From: Gammaproteobacteria bacterium
GTDB taxonomy: Bacteria > Pseudomonadota > Gammaproteobacteria > Eutrophobiales > Eutrophobiaceae
Assembly (NCBI GenBank): GCA_963923955.1
Contig: OZ000552.1
Location: 1,542,061 to 1,606,060 of the forward strand
Direction of reading: 5' to 3'
Length of the DNA stretch: 64,000 nucleotides
The notes beneath the pieces are model-generated. The model worked only from the letters and a program-made list of their open reading frames with translations. It was not told the DNA's origin and did no database searches. A program made the translations under genes and the position numbers. How positions within the stretch are numbered: the first letter of the stretch is position 1; every line of letters starts with the position of its first letter. Below, in pieces: positions 1-10,461 of the stretch.

Positions 1-210
1 AATGGCCTCCACTGGGCAGGCATGTAAGCACCAGGCTTCCGCGCACTGGGTGCAGGTATAGGGAACGAAGCGGCCCTCATCGTGAAAGGTGAATATTTTT
101 ATGCGTGAGGCGGCCGGGTTGAACACGCCTTCGGCCTGATAGGAACAGGCCATTTCACATTGCAGACAGCCGGTGCATTTTTCCGGCTCTATTTGAAGCG
201 CTTTGAGCAT
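1..210 (-). CDS. 4Fe-4S dicluster ferredoxin-like protein (partial; C-terminus runs off the window start)
   Basis: Minus-strand translation from ATG (plus 208-210, preceded by GGAGG) reads MLKALQIEPEKCTGCLQCEMACSYQ...TCTQCAEAWCLHACPVEAI. It contains two CxxCxxC...CP-type ferredoxin motifs. Absent from the ORF track because it has no stop inside the window. Confidence 0.5.
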   Translation of the reverse strand, partial: MLKALQIEPEKCTGCLQCEMACSYQAEGVFNPAASRIKIFTFHDEGRFVPYTCTQCAEAWCLHACPVEAI

Positions 211-481
211 TTTGCCTCCTTATTTGAGAGTTCCAAGAGAAACCGGTTAGTTAAGAGTATAGAAACTCAGCGGCCGTTTTGCCACCGATTTTGCCTCTTT
301 ATTTGCCAACTTTATCACCAAACCCTAAAAATAACCAACTGGTGTCGCCTGCTCCCCTTTTGTGTGCGTACAGCCAAAAGTCCGACGGATGAAGGGCTAC
401 GGTTTTGCCCTTGTAATAGCGGACGTAATCTTTTATTTTGCGAGCCTGTTTTGTTATGCGCCGGGAATCAGTGCTGCCCTT

Positions 482-554
482 GCCGGATTAGCTCAGTTGG
501 TAGAGCGGTGGTTTTGTAAACCATAGGTCGGCGGTTCGAGCCCGTCATCCGGCA
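482..554 (+). tRNA. tRNA-Thr (anticodon UGU)
   Basis: Manual cloverleaf: acceptor GCCGGAT/ATCCGGC, D-stem GCTC/GAGC, anticodon stem GTGGT/ACCAT with loop TTTGTAA (anticodon TGT), T-stem GGCGG/CCGTC with T-loop TTCGAGC, discriminator A. The 3' CCA is not encoded (CCG follows). Confidence 0.85.
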
Positions 555-657
555 CCGGATCCTGGCGGCTATTGCCCGCTGTCCGCGCCACTCTATCCAG
601 CCGATAGCTCAAGCCCTTGGCCGCTTGCATGACAAGAAAATAGCTAAACCTAAAATC

Positions 658-1479
658 TCACTGAGGCTTGATGAATTTAAGGGTCATGCGATCACTCTCG
701 CCAATGGCGGTGTATTTATCCCGGTCCTGATCTTTCAAGCGATATCCGGGCGGCAAGGTCCATACCCCTTCGGGATGATCTTTAGTATCTCTGGGATTGG
801 CGTTAACCTCCGAGCGCTCCAGCAATCTGAACCCGGCTGCCTCGGCCAAGCGAACCACCTCAGCCTCCGGAACATAGCCTTTCTCGGCCCATGCCTTACC
901 CCTCATCTCAGGACTGCCGCGGTGCTGCACCAGACCGAGTATGCCGCCGGGTTTCAATACCTCATACATCGCCTGGAAGGTGGTCTCGGCCATGCCCGCC
1001 GCTATCCAGTTATGCGTATTGCGAAAGGTCAGCACCATGTCCGCCTGTCCCTGTGGTTCCAATTTTGTCTTTTTCGGCGGCGCAAACTCGGTCACCACAA
1101 CCTTGTCATAGACGCCCGGCTGCGCAGCTAATTTATCCAGGTATTTTTTGGCATTCCTCCTGAAATATTCTCTCTCCGACTCGCTATCATAACTGGCGGC
1201 ATATAATTTTCCCCTCTCGCGCAGACATGGCGCCAAGATCTCTGTGTACCAGCCACCGCCGCCGGGGGATACCTCGACCACCGTCATATCCTCGCGCAGA
1301 CCGAACCAGCGCAAGGTTTCTACCGGATGTCGGTATTGATTTCTGGCAATGTTTTTCTCGCTGCGATGCTCTCCCACTGCAATGTCTTCCAGGCGGCAGG
1401 CCGTATCATCCGCAGCAATAGCTGTATGGATAAACGTAAAAAACAAAAATAGTATCTTCATGCAGGCAGTATCTTTCAT
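658..1479 (-). CDS. secreted class I SAM-dependent methyltransferase
   Basis: ORF 658..1494. VEVSPGGGGWYTEILA is a SAM-binding glycine-rich motif. N-terminal signal peptide MKDTACMKILFLFFTFIHTAIAA. Start moved to the second ATG, which has an AGGGA Shine-Dalgarno 7 nt upstream. Confidence 0.7.
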   Translation of the reverse strand: MKDTACMKILFLFFTFIHTAIAADDTACRLEDIAVGEHRSEKNIARNQYRHPVETLRWFGLREDMTVVEVSPGGGGWYTEILAPCLRERGKLYAASYDSESEREYFRRNAKKYLDKLAAQPGVYDKVVVTEFAPPKKTKLEPQGQADMVLTFRNTHNWIAAGMAETTFQAMYEVLKPGGILGLVQHRGSPEMRGKAWAEKGYVPEAEVVRLAEAAGFRLLERSEVNANPRDTKDHPEGVWTLPPGYRLKDQDRDKYTAIGESDRMTLKFIKPQ

Positions 1480-1537
1480 GTGCTTATCCCTCATCAGACA
1501 GGTTCAGGTATTATATAGTAGTGCAGACCGCAAGAGT

Positions 1538-1828
1538 CTAGCCATGCGCCTTGGCATAGGCGTCTTTTTGTTCTTGCGTTGCTTCCTTTTGATATTTTTC
1601 CTTCCACTTGGCATAGGGCATGCCGTAGATGATCTCTCTGGCCTGTTCATAATCCATCTCAATCCCCTTCTCCTCGGCGGCGGCCCGGTACCATTTTGAA
1701 AAACAGTTGCGGCAGAAACCCGCTAGGTTCATCAGATCAATATTCTGCACCTCCGTATGCTCGCGCATGTACTGCACAAGGTGACGAAAGGTTGCCGCCT
1801 CTATCTCAACACGAGTTTGCTCATCCAC
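1538..1828 (-). CDS. DUF1244 family protein
   Basis: 96-aa ORF containing NIDLMNLAGFCRNCFSKWY, characteristic of the conserved small DUF1244 proteins. Confidence 0.7.
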   Translation of the reverse strand: MDEQTRVEIEAATFRHLVQYMREHTEVQNIDLMNLAGFCRNCFSKWYRAAAEEKGIEMDYEQAREIIYGMPYAKWKEKYQKEATQEQKDAYAKAHG

Positions 1829-2064
1829 GACTCTGCCTCCTAAGAATGTTTTCTACCAGTAAAATTGTCATCCATTATATCCGCCTGAATTGAGCAATCC
1901 ATAGGCATTTCACCGACAGGCCCTCTCCCGCTTAAAGAAAACTGACCGCATTCTTGCTTGAGTCTGCGGATGAAAGCCGTTGATCCGGCGGGATAATCAC
2001 GCTATTTTGCCTTGCACCGGAACAGTGCTCACAGGCCGGTGAAATTGTGCGATCTTTAGTCTTT

Positions 2065-2634
2065 ATGTATAAAAAAATACCATTGCACTTAGGGTGCCTC
2101 TTGCCCGTTTTTTTATTTTTTCAATGCCATGTCGTCTGCGCCAGTCCCTATCAATTAGAAATTTCAAAGAGCGATCAGGAATTGCTGGTAAAGGACGACG
2201 GCAATGTTATTAAGCGATACCGCACCGCCTCCGGCAAGGGCGGGACGGGCACAAAACGCCGCCTGGGTGATAACAAGACCCCGGTCGGCACTTACAGGAT
2301 TGTGAATTTTAAGGCGGACAGTAAATTTCATTATTTTATGCAACTGGATTATCCCAACCTGATCGATGCCTGGCATGGCTATAAGAATGAAATCATTTCC
2401 GCGAAAGAATTCAAACAGATCGCAAGCGCCTATAAAAACGAACTGACCCCGCCGCAGAATACCGCTCTGGGTGGTTATATCGGTATTCACGGTATCGGGG
2501 TGCCCAGCGAAGAGAAGCTTGAAATCCATGCGCTGCATAACTGGACGGAAGGCTGCATTGCCCTGAAAAATGATGAGATAAATGAATTGCGTCAATATGT
2601 CTCCATCGGGACACGGGTAATCATAAAGGAATAG
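2065..2634 (+). CDS. L,D-transpeptidase (YkuD domain) with signal peptide
   Basis: ORF 2047..2634 (GTG at 2047, ATG at 2065). GDNKTPVGTYRI ... IHG ... WTEGCIAL matches the YkuD catalytic His/Cys region. Stop TAG at 2632-2634 lies 2 nt before the ATG of the next gene. Confidence 0.75.
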   Translation: MYKKIPLHLGCLLPVFLFFQCHVVCASPYQLEISKSDQELLVKDDGNVIKRYRTASGKGGTGTKRRLGDNKTPVGTYRIVNFKADSKFHYFMQLDYPNLIDAWHGYKNEIISAKEFKQIASAYKNELTPPQNTALGGYIGIHGIGVPSEEKLEIHALHNWTEGCIALKNDEINELRQYVSIGTRVIIKE

Positions 2635-2636
2635 CC

Positions 2637-4163
2637 ATGTCCCGCACTTGCGCATATCCCAGGCACACAATCTCCGCCCGGCTGTGGCTTGGTATATGCT
2701 TAGTTGCCAATAGCCATACAAGCTCTGCCTGGCAAGAGTTGACAGATGCCATCGACATTCGTTGCGAGCAGCAGGACTTTAGTAAAATAAGCTGCTCATA
2801 TCGAGCGCTGGATGGCGGTGTCTTTCATTCAATAATGGCCAGCCTGGATGGGGATGCGCTGTTGATCATGGATGAGCCGGATAGCGCAGCAAAGCTTGCC
2901 TTGAGCGCCATTCTCTTCCTGGTTGATACCAGCGATCCACGGCGGCAAGACGTGATTGATAAAAACATCGAACAGATTAAGGAATTATTAGCGCAAGGAG
3001 AGACCCAACACATATTCGGCCTGGCCACCTTTGATAAACAATTACAGATAAAGGCAGCCATTGGCGCATCAAATGCGCAGATAGCAGCGGCCAGTAGTGC
3101 GCTTCAGGCGCGCGGCATGAGCACTGAACTATATCGCAATCTGCTTGCGGCCATTGCGCTGCTGGATGAGGTAGCGGCCGATAGAAAGGCGATCTTCATA
3201 TTTTCCGATGGGCAAGCGGAAGATCAGGCCTACTTCCACTAAGATGTCATCGAGGCCGCCCGAGAATCACGTATCATCATCAATAGTCTTGGCTTCCCGC
3301 GCTCTGCTTCGCTTTCCGTGGCCTTGCAGACCTTGAGGCGCTTGAGTGACGAGACTGGAGGCGTATTCATCGAGTCCGATCAAGAATTTGATCTGCCGCC
3401 ATCTTTTCTTAGCGCCCCGTATAAAAATATTGATACCGAAAAAGCATTCAGTATTGATCTGGAGACTGTCGATCTTGCCCGCATTCGCAAGCCGGAAATA
3501 AGCCTGATCTTTCAGGGAGATGAAAATGAAATAACGCTGCGTGTCCCGGTTGTCATCCCGCCCACAGCAGCGGAGGCAATCAACATTGATGCGCCGACAG
3601 CCCAACAAGACAGCCTCACAACGGGCACTCTCGCTCATGGACAGGCGCCGACGAACCCGGCTCAATCGCTGCCATACGGGCTTGATCTATGGTTGTGGTA
3701 TGGCGTCCCTGCTGCACTGGCCATCTTGCTTATCCCGACCTTAATCGCCCTCGTTTTGCTTTATCGACAAGCGGTCAATAAGACAGCAGATGAGCGCTCA
3801 AAGACAGAGGAATTCAGGCCTTATGCCTACCTGATCACCTAGGATGAAAAGGGACTGCGTTATCCAATTATTCGCACCATCTGGCGCATCGGCCGCAGCC
3901 GCGATAACGAAATGACCTTGGACGACAATTCAATATTGCGCAGACATGCAGAGATCCAGCGCGATAGCAATGGCCGCTTCATATTATTGGATACCAACTC
4001 CGCCAACGGCCTCTTTGTCAATAATGAAAAAAAACTCAAACATACTCTTCAAGAGGGCGACATTATCGAGATGGGTGATATCGCATTGCGCTTTACACAA
4101 CATCCCATTGACTACCAGTTCAACGAGCAGACCGCCATGCTCAATACCAAGGCACCGGTGTGA
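2637..4163 (+). pseudogene. signal peptide-vWA-TM-FHA protein interrupted by two in-frame stops (TAA 3240-3242, TAG 3840-3842), giving three co-linear same-frame ORFs (2637..3242, 3318..3842, 3912..4163)
   Basis: All three ORFs are in frame 0. The vWA domain (LFLVDTSDP...IFIFSDGQAEDQAYFH | DVIEAARESRIIINSLGF...LQTLRRLSDETGGVF) is continuous across the TAA. A TM helix (LWLWYGVPAALAILLIPTLIALVLLY) follows. The FHA domain (YPIIRTIWRIGRSRDNEMTLDD | NSILRRHAEI...SANGLFVNN...GDIIEMGDIALRF) begins directly after the TAG, so its conserved GR lies before the first in-frame Met (3912). Confidence 0.55.
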
Positions 4164-4577
4164 TTGCTAATCTATGCGATACTCGTGAAATGATTTTTCC
4201 AGCATTGCTCTATTCTTTGAAGCTGGAAAAGGCAGCATTATTCGCCATTCCTGCGTAAGAACGTCACCCCTGCCTGCGAGCAGAGGCAGGAATCCAGTGT
4301 TGTATCGCGCCTGTGGGACTCCCGCCTGCGCGGGAATGACAAAAGGGCTTAGATCAGGACAACGAGGATTAAGGTACTTTCTTTATTCTTTGCCTGCTCG
4401 CGTGTTGTCGCCGAATTTTCCTGAATCCGTTTTTCCGCGGTCAAGTCCACTTCCTGTTTGGTATCATCCAACTCGCGTTCTTTTTAATAGTCGGCTGCCA
4501 TAATATCACTCCCTTGAAGACGGCGGCCTTGCCTGGAAAAATCATTTCATTTGCAATGGAAAATAACAGGGGCGGCT

Positions 4578-5933
4578 TCATACCGCCTCATTAAATCGCA
4601 TTATCCGCTCAAGGCCCGACCAGCTTATCCGCCAGGCCTCTTCATTATCTGCGGCATACACACTCTCATCTATCCACAGGCCAACGACCGCCACCAGTTT
4701 GTCTTTAACAAACAGCAGTGGGATGCGATCTCTTTGCCAGGGTGGGATGCCTGCTTCTTGGAATAATTTTTTTAATTCACAGTGGTGCCGCCGGCCCGCC
4801 GGTTTGAGTGTTTCTCCTCCCTGACGAAAAGCAACTTTCACCGCATCCTTGAGACAGGACTTTTTTATGCCATCTCCCATAGAAGTTTTTGCTGTTAGGC
4901 TCTCGCCCGCTATTTTGCATGGAGTCCCCGGTTTCCAGACAACACTCTCGGCCGCGTTATGCCGGCCAAGTGGGGCCAGCGCCAGTATGTGTTTGGTGTA
5001 GCGGCGCACTTCCGCGCCCTCCCATGTTATGCAGGGCGAGGCATCATATTTTGAGGAAACAACGTCATGTAAGATACGAGTCAAATTTTTCTTATCCGGG
5101 AGCGGGAGTCGCAGATGCTGTATGTAGTATCTGAGCAGATTGCTCCGGCGCGGTGATGACAGGTCTTTGACTGCACTGACATCAAGTGATCGATACCTGG
5201 CCTGATAACAGGATTGCATGTCTATTTCCGCCAGCGCTTCCATCAGGCGCACGGCTTCTGCCTGATTGTCGGCTGCACGCGCAAATGTCTCGGCAAGCCC
5301 GGTCCATCTCTTTTGCAACACCGGCAGCACCTCATGTCGTAGATAGTTACGGTCATAACGCCCATCACGATTCGTATCATCTTCAATCCATTGCAGGCCG
5401 TGATTAACAGCGTATTCATGCAGCGCCTGCCGACGCACACCCAGCAGGGGTCGCACATGCAGGCCCGCTCCAAAATGACAGTGCAGCGGCATGGCCGCCA
5501 GACCTTTTGGGCCGGCACCACGCAGAAGCTGTAACAAAAGCGTCTCCGCCTGATCGTCCTTGTGATGCGCGGTGAGCAAAATGTCGCCGGCCTGCGTTTG
5601 CTTATTGAAAGCCCGATACCTCAGCTGCCTGGCCCAGGCCTCCGGACTCTTGCCATCAGGTGCACTCGCATCTACTTTAATAAGGCGGAATGCAAGGCCC
5701 AAACCCTCACAGACTGATCGAGCATGCCGCGCCCACTCCTCGGCCTGCTCGCTGATGTTATGATCAATATGGATGGCCAGTAAGCTGGCTGGCAAGGAAG
5801 ATTTAAGAATGTTCAGGGCATGCAGCAGGACATGAGAGTCCAGCCCGCCGCTATAGGCCACCAGGTAACGTCTTGCCGCAGGGAAACGATGCAGAACTTC
5901 GATAAGGGTTTTTGAGGAAAAGGGCGGCGTCAA
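4578..5933 (-). CDS. tilS: tRNA(Ile)-lysidine synthetase
   Basis: 451 aa with PP-loop motif YLVAYSGGLDSHVLL. Sits in the conserved position next to accA. Confidence 0.9.
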   Translation of the reverse strand: MTPPFSSKTLIEVLHRFPAARRYLVAYSGGLDSHVLLHALNILKSSLPASLLAIHIDHNISEQAEEWARHARSVCEGLGLAFRLIKVDASAPDGKSPEAWARQLRYRAFNKQTQAGDILLTAHHKDDQAETLLLQLLRGAGPKGLAAMPLHCHFGAGLHVRPLLGVRRQALHEYAVNHGLQWIEDDTNRDGRYDRNYLRHEVLPVLQKRWTGLAETFARAADNQAEAVRLMEALAEIDMQSCYQARYRSLDVSAVKDLSSPRRSNLLRYYIQHLRLPLPDKKNLTRILHDVVSSKYDASPCITWEGAEVRRYTKHILALAPLGRHNAAESVVWKPGTPCKIAGESLTAKTSMGDGIKKSCLKDAVKVAFRQGGETLKPAGRRHHCELKKLFQEAGIPPWQRDRIPLLFVKDKLVAVVGLWIDESVYAADNEEAWRISWSGLERIMRFNEAV

Positions 5934-5939
5934 AATAGC

Positions 5940-6887
5940 TCACTGAAAAAAGCCGTGGGCGCGCAGCTTACGCCGCCGCTGCGCCAATAGATCATCCATG
6001 CTCAGGCCCTGTAATTGTGCGAGTTGATCCTTAATCACAGCGCGCACGTTATCTATCGCGGCGTCATAATCCCGATGCGCCCCGCCCAAAGGCTCCTTGA
6101 TGATCTGATCTAAAATACCCATTTCATCAAGACGGGCGGCGGTAATGCCCAGCGCCTCTGCCGCGGCTTCGGCCTTGTCCGCACTCTTCCAAAGTATTGA
6201 GGCACAGCCCTCTGGTGAGATCACCGAATACATCGCGTATTCCAGCATATTCAATCTGTCCGCCACACCGATGGCCAGCGCCCCGCCGGAACCGCCCTCG
6301 CCGATCACAACAGAGATAATCGGGCTTGCCAATTCCGACATGACAAACAGGTTTCTGGCAATGGCCTCACTCTGGCCGCGCTCTTCTGCATCAATACCTG
6401 GGTAGGCCCCGGGCGTATCAATAAAGCTGATGACCGGCAACCTAAAGCGCTCGGCCAACTGCATAACGCGCCGCGCCTTGCGATAACCCTCCGGTTTCGG
6501 CATGCCGTAATTACGATGGATCCTTTCCTTGATATCGCGCCCCTTTTGCTGGCCGATGACCACAAGCGGCTGCCCTTCAAAGCGCGCCAGGCCGGCAACA
6601 ATCGCAGCATCATCCGCAAAGTGGCGATCGCCATGCAACTCATTAAAGTCGGTAAATAACTTATCGATATAATCAAGGCTGTACGGACGTTGCGGGTGCC
6701 GGGCCACCTGGGCGATTTGCCAGGCGCTGAGAGAAGAAAAAATTGACTCGGTCAGTTCCCTGCTGCGTCTTTGCAGCTTGCTGATCTCCTCAGAGATATT
6801 GATATCCGTATCAGCGCCAAGATAACGCAACTCTTCTATCTTCGCCTCTAACTCGGCAATGGGTTGTTCAAATTCCAGAAAATTCAT
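5940..6887 (-). CDS. accA: acetyl-CoA carboxylase carboxyltransferase subunit alpha
   Basis: 315 aa with [20 protein letters not shown]... and a typical AccA core. Confidence 0.9.
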   Translation of the reverse strand: MNFLEFEQPIAELEAKIEELRYLGADTDINISEEISKLQRRSRELTESIFSSLSAWQIAQVARHPQRPYSLDYIDKLFTDFNELHGDRHFADDAAIVAGLARFEGQPLVVIGQQKGRDIKERIHRNYGMPKPEGYRKARRVMQLAERFRLPVISFIDTPGAYPGIDAEERGQSEAIARNLFVMSELASPIISVVIGEGGSGGALAIGVADRLNMLEYAMYSVISPEGCASILWKSADKAEAAAEALGITAARLDEMGILDQIIKEPLGGAHRDYDAAIDNVRAVIKDQLAQLQGLSMDDLLAQRRRKLRAHGFFQ

Positions 6888-6927
6888 GCCTGTTCAATTT
6901 TTTACTAATGCTTGACTAATAGGCAGA

Positions 6928-9900
6928 TTAAAGCGCAAGCCGTGCCGGATAGGCAACCTTGATATTTTTCTCACCGATAAGATCACGCAACTCGCCTAAT
7001 AAGTGCTCGTTCAATCGAATCTTCCAGTCAGCGCCGACGCTGAACCTGCCGCTTGCCGCCTCGCTATTATATTCAATGATTACCGTATTTTCCCCTGAAG
7101 GGTGGGCATATAATAATTCCTTAAGCTGCGCTAATAAACCCCTGCCTATCATGTCTTTATCAAGGCTGAGTTCCAGGGTCGCGGCGCGGGTGCGTATATC
7201 ATCCAAAGTGAACAACTCTTTGGCCACGAAGGAATAACCCGATTCAAAATAATCATCTTCCCTTGCCTCGCCCTTGGCAATGATGAGCTGATCCTTTCGC
7301 ACAATATCACGATAGCGCTGATAATCTTCCGAGTACAGGGTCATGTGTATGCGGGCGGTGCGATCATCCAGACGGACTTCGGCCATCTTGCCCCGAGCGC
7401 CGCTGCGGGTGCGAATATTTTCAATATACCCGGCAATGGTAGCCCGGCCCGGCCCGATGTCTCGTAGCTGTCTGGACACGATTGCCGCCAGTTCCTGTTC
7501 ATAGCGGGTGATGGGATGCCCGTTGAGATAAAAGCCCAAGGTCTGTTTCTCCCCGGCCAGCCTGTCGTGCTCATCGCGGTCCTCAACAATAACATAAGGC
7601 AAGGCTTTCACGTCTTCTTCCGGCCCGGCATCAGTGGCCGCAGGCTTAAGGCCAGACATAAGGCCAAACATATCGTCCTGCCCGGCATTGCTGTTGGTGG
7701 TAAATTGCTCGGCGAATTGCACGGCCTTATCCAACGAAGCCAACATAATACTGCGAGAAGGGCCTAATTCATCCATCGCGCCGGAATGTATCAATGCCTC
7801 CAGTACGCCCTTATTCGCCTTGCGCGTATCTATGCGCCGGCACAGCTGGAACAGATCGCTGAACGCGCCATTGGCGTCTCTCTCACCAAGAATATTTTCC
7901 ATCGCCGCACGGCCCACGCCTTTTATCGCGCCCAGGCCGAAGCCGATGGTCTGATCATCCACCACCTTGAATTTCAGTTCACTGCGATTGATTGTCGGTG
8001 CCAGAAGTCTTAGCCGCATGCGTCTTAGCTCGTCGCGCAGCACCACTATCTTGTCGGTATTGTGCATGTCGGCGGAGAGCACCGCGGCCATAAAGGCCGC
8101 CGGGTAATGCGTCTTTAACCAGGCCGTTTGGTAGGCCAGCAAGGCATAGGCGGCGGAATGTGATTTATTAAAGCCATAGCCGGCAAACTTTTCCATTAGA
8201 TCAAAGATATGGGTGGCCACCCGCTCCTTTACGTCATTTGCAACCGCGCCTTTGGTGAAGATGCTGCGCTGTTTTGCCATCTCCTCCGGCTTCTTCTTGC
8301 CCATCGCCCGCCGCAGTAAATCCGCCGCCGCCAGGGTATAGCCGGCCAGCACCTGGGCAATTTGCATGACCTGTTCCTGATAGAGAATGACGCCGTAGGT
8401 CGGCTGCAAGATGTCGGCCAGGGCGGGATGGGGATAGCCTACCTCGGCGCGGCCGTGCTTACGCTCGATATAATCATCCACCATGCCTGACTGCAGCGGG
8501 CCGGGGCGAAACAGGGCGACCAGGGCAATCAGGTCATCAAAGCTGTCCGGCTTCAAGCGCCGGATCAGTTTTTTGATCCCTTCTGATTCAAGCTGGAAGA
8601 TGGCCGTGGTGTCCATGCGCCGGATCAAGCTATAAGTCGCAGCATCATCCAAAGGGATTTTGCGAATGTCGATCTGTTCATTGAGAACATCAATCACGTC
8701 CTTCACCGCCCAATCAATGATGGTCAGGGTGCGCAGGCCGAGGAAATCGAACTTCACCAGGCCGACGGACTCGACATCGTGCATGTCAAATTGAGTCGAG
8801 GTAACAGTCGAACCCTGTTCACAATACAGCGGGGTGTATTCCGTCAGGGGTTTTGGCGCGATGACCAGCCCGCCCGGATGCCTGCCGGCGTTACGGGCCA
8901 GGCCTTCGAGTTTTTGCGCCAGATCAATCAGCGCCGCAACCTCCTCCTCATCCTGATAGCGCTGCCGCAGTGTCGCCTCCTCATCCATCGCCCGTGCCAG
9001 GGTCATCTCGATATCAAAAGGAATCAGCTTGGCGATCTGATCCACAAAGCCATAGGGATGACCCAGCACCCGGCCCACGTCTCGCACCGCCGCCTTGGCC
9101 GCCATGCTGCCGTAGGTGATGATCTGGGAGACATGGGCGCGCCCATAGCGCCCGGCGACATAGTCAATCACCTGATCGCGCCCTTCCATACAAAAATCCA
9201 CATCAAAGTCAGGCAGCGATACGCGCTCCGGGTTGAGAAAACGCTCAAACAGCAGATCATATTTGATCGGGTCTAGCTCGGTAACGCCCAAGGCATAAGC
9301 AACCAGCGAGCCCGCCCCGGAGCCGCGGCCCGGGCCGACCGGGATGTCATGCTCTTTGGCCCAGCGAATAAAATCCGCCACGATCAAAAAATAGCCCGGG
9401 AAGCCCATGCCGCTAATGACATCAAGTTCTGTTTCAAGCCGCTGTTTGTATTCGGCATCAAAATCGGCTTCATCCATGAGCGGGGTAGCGGCCTTGTCGT
9501 GATGGGCGGCAAGAATATGCGCCAGACCGGCCTCTGCCTCATGCCGCAGCCACGAGTCCTGATCGTGGCCTTCGGGAACGGGGAAATCGGGCAGATAATA
9601 CTCCCCCAAGCCTAGCTCCACATTGCAACGCTGCGCGATCAACATGCTGTTCTCAAGCGCCTCCGGGAGGTCCTGAAAAAGCGCCGCCATCTCCGCCGCG
9701 CTCTTTAAGTATTGTTCCGGACTATAGGGGCGCGGCCGCCTGGGGTCCGCCAGGGTGCGCCCCTGCTGAATACAGACCCGCGCCTCATGCGCATCAAAGT
9801 CTTCTGCGCTTAAAAACCTGACATCATTCGATGCCACTACCGGGATCTCAAAGCGTGTCGCGAGTTCTATGGCCGCGGCGATATACAGGTCTTCGTCTTG

Positions 9901-10461
9901 GCGCCGGCTGCGTTGCAACTCAATATAAAATCGCTCGGGAAATAACTTCGCCCACTCCGCCAGCAGCGTCTTTGCCAGTTCATTATTATTATGAATGAGC
10001 GCCTGGCCAATATCCCCGGCGCGGGCGGCGGATAAGGCAATCAGCCCCTCGGTGGCGCCATCGAGCCAGCTATGCAGGACGTAAGGTACGCCTTGAGATT
10101 GGCCGTCGACATAGCTGCGGGTGATTAGCTTGATCAGGTTATGGTAGCCAAGCTGATCCTGGCAGAGCAATACCAGGCGCGAGCTATGCCCGTTGTGCCC
10201 ACTGCAACGTTCATCCTTGATCCATAATTCCGCGCCCAGAATGGGCTTGATGCCGTATTGCTGCGCTGTCCGATAGAACTTTATCGCCCCAAAAAAATTG
10301 CCCTGATCGGTGATCGCCAGTGCCGGCATCTCGGCGGCGGCCGCGGCGCTGAGCAAGGGCTCGATCCGTAACAGGCCATCGGACAAGGAATACTCGGTGT
10401 GCAGATGCAGATGGACAAAGCGGCTGGACATGGCGTGATGAAATGCCGAACTTTTAGTCAA
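6928..10461 (-). CDS. dnaE: DNA polymerase III subunit alpha
   Basis: 1177 aa with PHP domain (VHLHLHTEYSLSDG), polymerase core and OB fold. Conserved dnaE-accA synteny. Confidence 0.95.
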   Translation of the reverse strand: MTKSSAFHHAMSSRFVHLHLHTEYSLSDGLLRIEPLLSAAAAAEMPALAITDQGNFFGAIKFYRTAQQYGIKPILGAELWIKDERCSGHNGHSSRLVLLCQDQLGYHNLIKLITRSYVDGQSQGVPYVLHSWLDGATEGLIALSAARAGDIGQALIHNNNELAKTLLAEWAKLFPERFYIELQRSRRQDEDLYIAAAIELATRFEIPVVASNDVRFLSAEDFDAHEARVCIQQGRTLADPRRPRPYSPEQYLKSAAEMAALFQDLPEALENSMLIAQRCNVELGLGEYYLPDFPVPEGHDQDSWLRHEAEAGLAHILAAHHDKAATPLMDEADFDAEYKQRLETELDVISGMGFPGYFLIVADFIRWAKEHDIPVGPGRGSGAGSLVAYALGVTELDPIKYDLLFERFLNPERVSLPDFDVDFCMEGRDQVIDYVAGRYGRAHVSQIITYGSMAAKAAVRDVGRVLGHPYGFVDQIAKLIPFDIEMTLARAMDEEATLRQRYQDEEEVAALIDLAQKLEGLARNAGRHPGGLVIAPKPLTEYTPLYCEQGSTVTSTQFDMHDVESVGLVKFDFLGLRTLTIIDWAVKDVIDVLNEQIDIRKIPLDDAATYSLIRRMDTTAIFQLESEGIKKLIRRLKPDSFDDLIALVALFRPGPLQSGMVDDYIERKHGRAEVGYPHPALADILQPTYGVILYQEQVMQIAQVLAGYTLAAADLLRRAMGKKKPEEMAKQRSIFTKGAVANDVKERVATHIFDLMEKFAGYGFNKSHSAAYALLAYQTAWLKTHYPAAFMAAVLSADMHNTDKIVVLRDELRRMRLRLLAPTINRSELKFKVVDDQTIGFGLGAIKGVGRAAMENILGERDANGAFSDLFQLCRRIDTRKANKGVLEALIHSGAMDELGPSRSIMLASLDKAVQFAEQFTTNSNAGQDDMFGLMSGLKPAATDAGPEEDVKALPYVIVEDRDEHDRLAGEKQTLGFYLNGHPITRYEQELAAIVSRQLRDIGPGRATIAGYIENIRTRSGARGKMAEVRLDDRTARIHMTLYSEDYQRYRDIVRKDQLIIAKGEAREDDYFESGYSFVAKELFTLDDIRTRAATLELSLDKDMIGRGLLAQLKELLYAHPSGENTVIIEYNSEAASGRFSVGADWKIRLNEHLLGELRDLIGEKNIKVAYPARLAL

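Noticed and set aside
160-519. 119-aa plus-strand ORF overlapping the tRNA-Thr gene
   Set aside because: It overlaps a confidently folded tRNA and the antisense of the ferredoxin-like partial CDS. The sequence is Cys/Phe-rich nonsense with no start context.
482-660. tRNA-Thr as an integration site for a genomic island
   Set aside because: No integrase, no direct repeat of the tRNA 3' end, and no foreign-looking gene set downstream. The adjacent genes look like core.
625-1163. Plus-strand ORFs of 168 and 90 aa
   Set aside because: They are antisense to the well-supported methyltransferase gene, and typical of the high-GC antisense open frames seen throughout this window.
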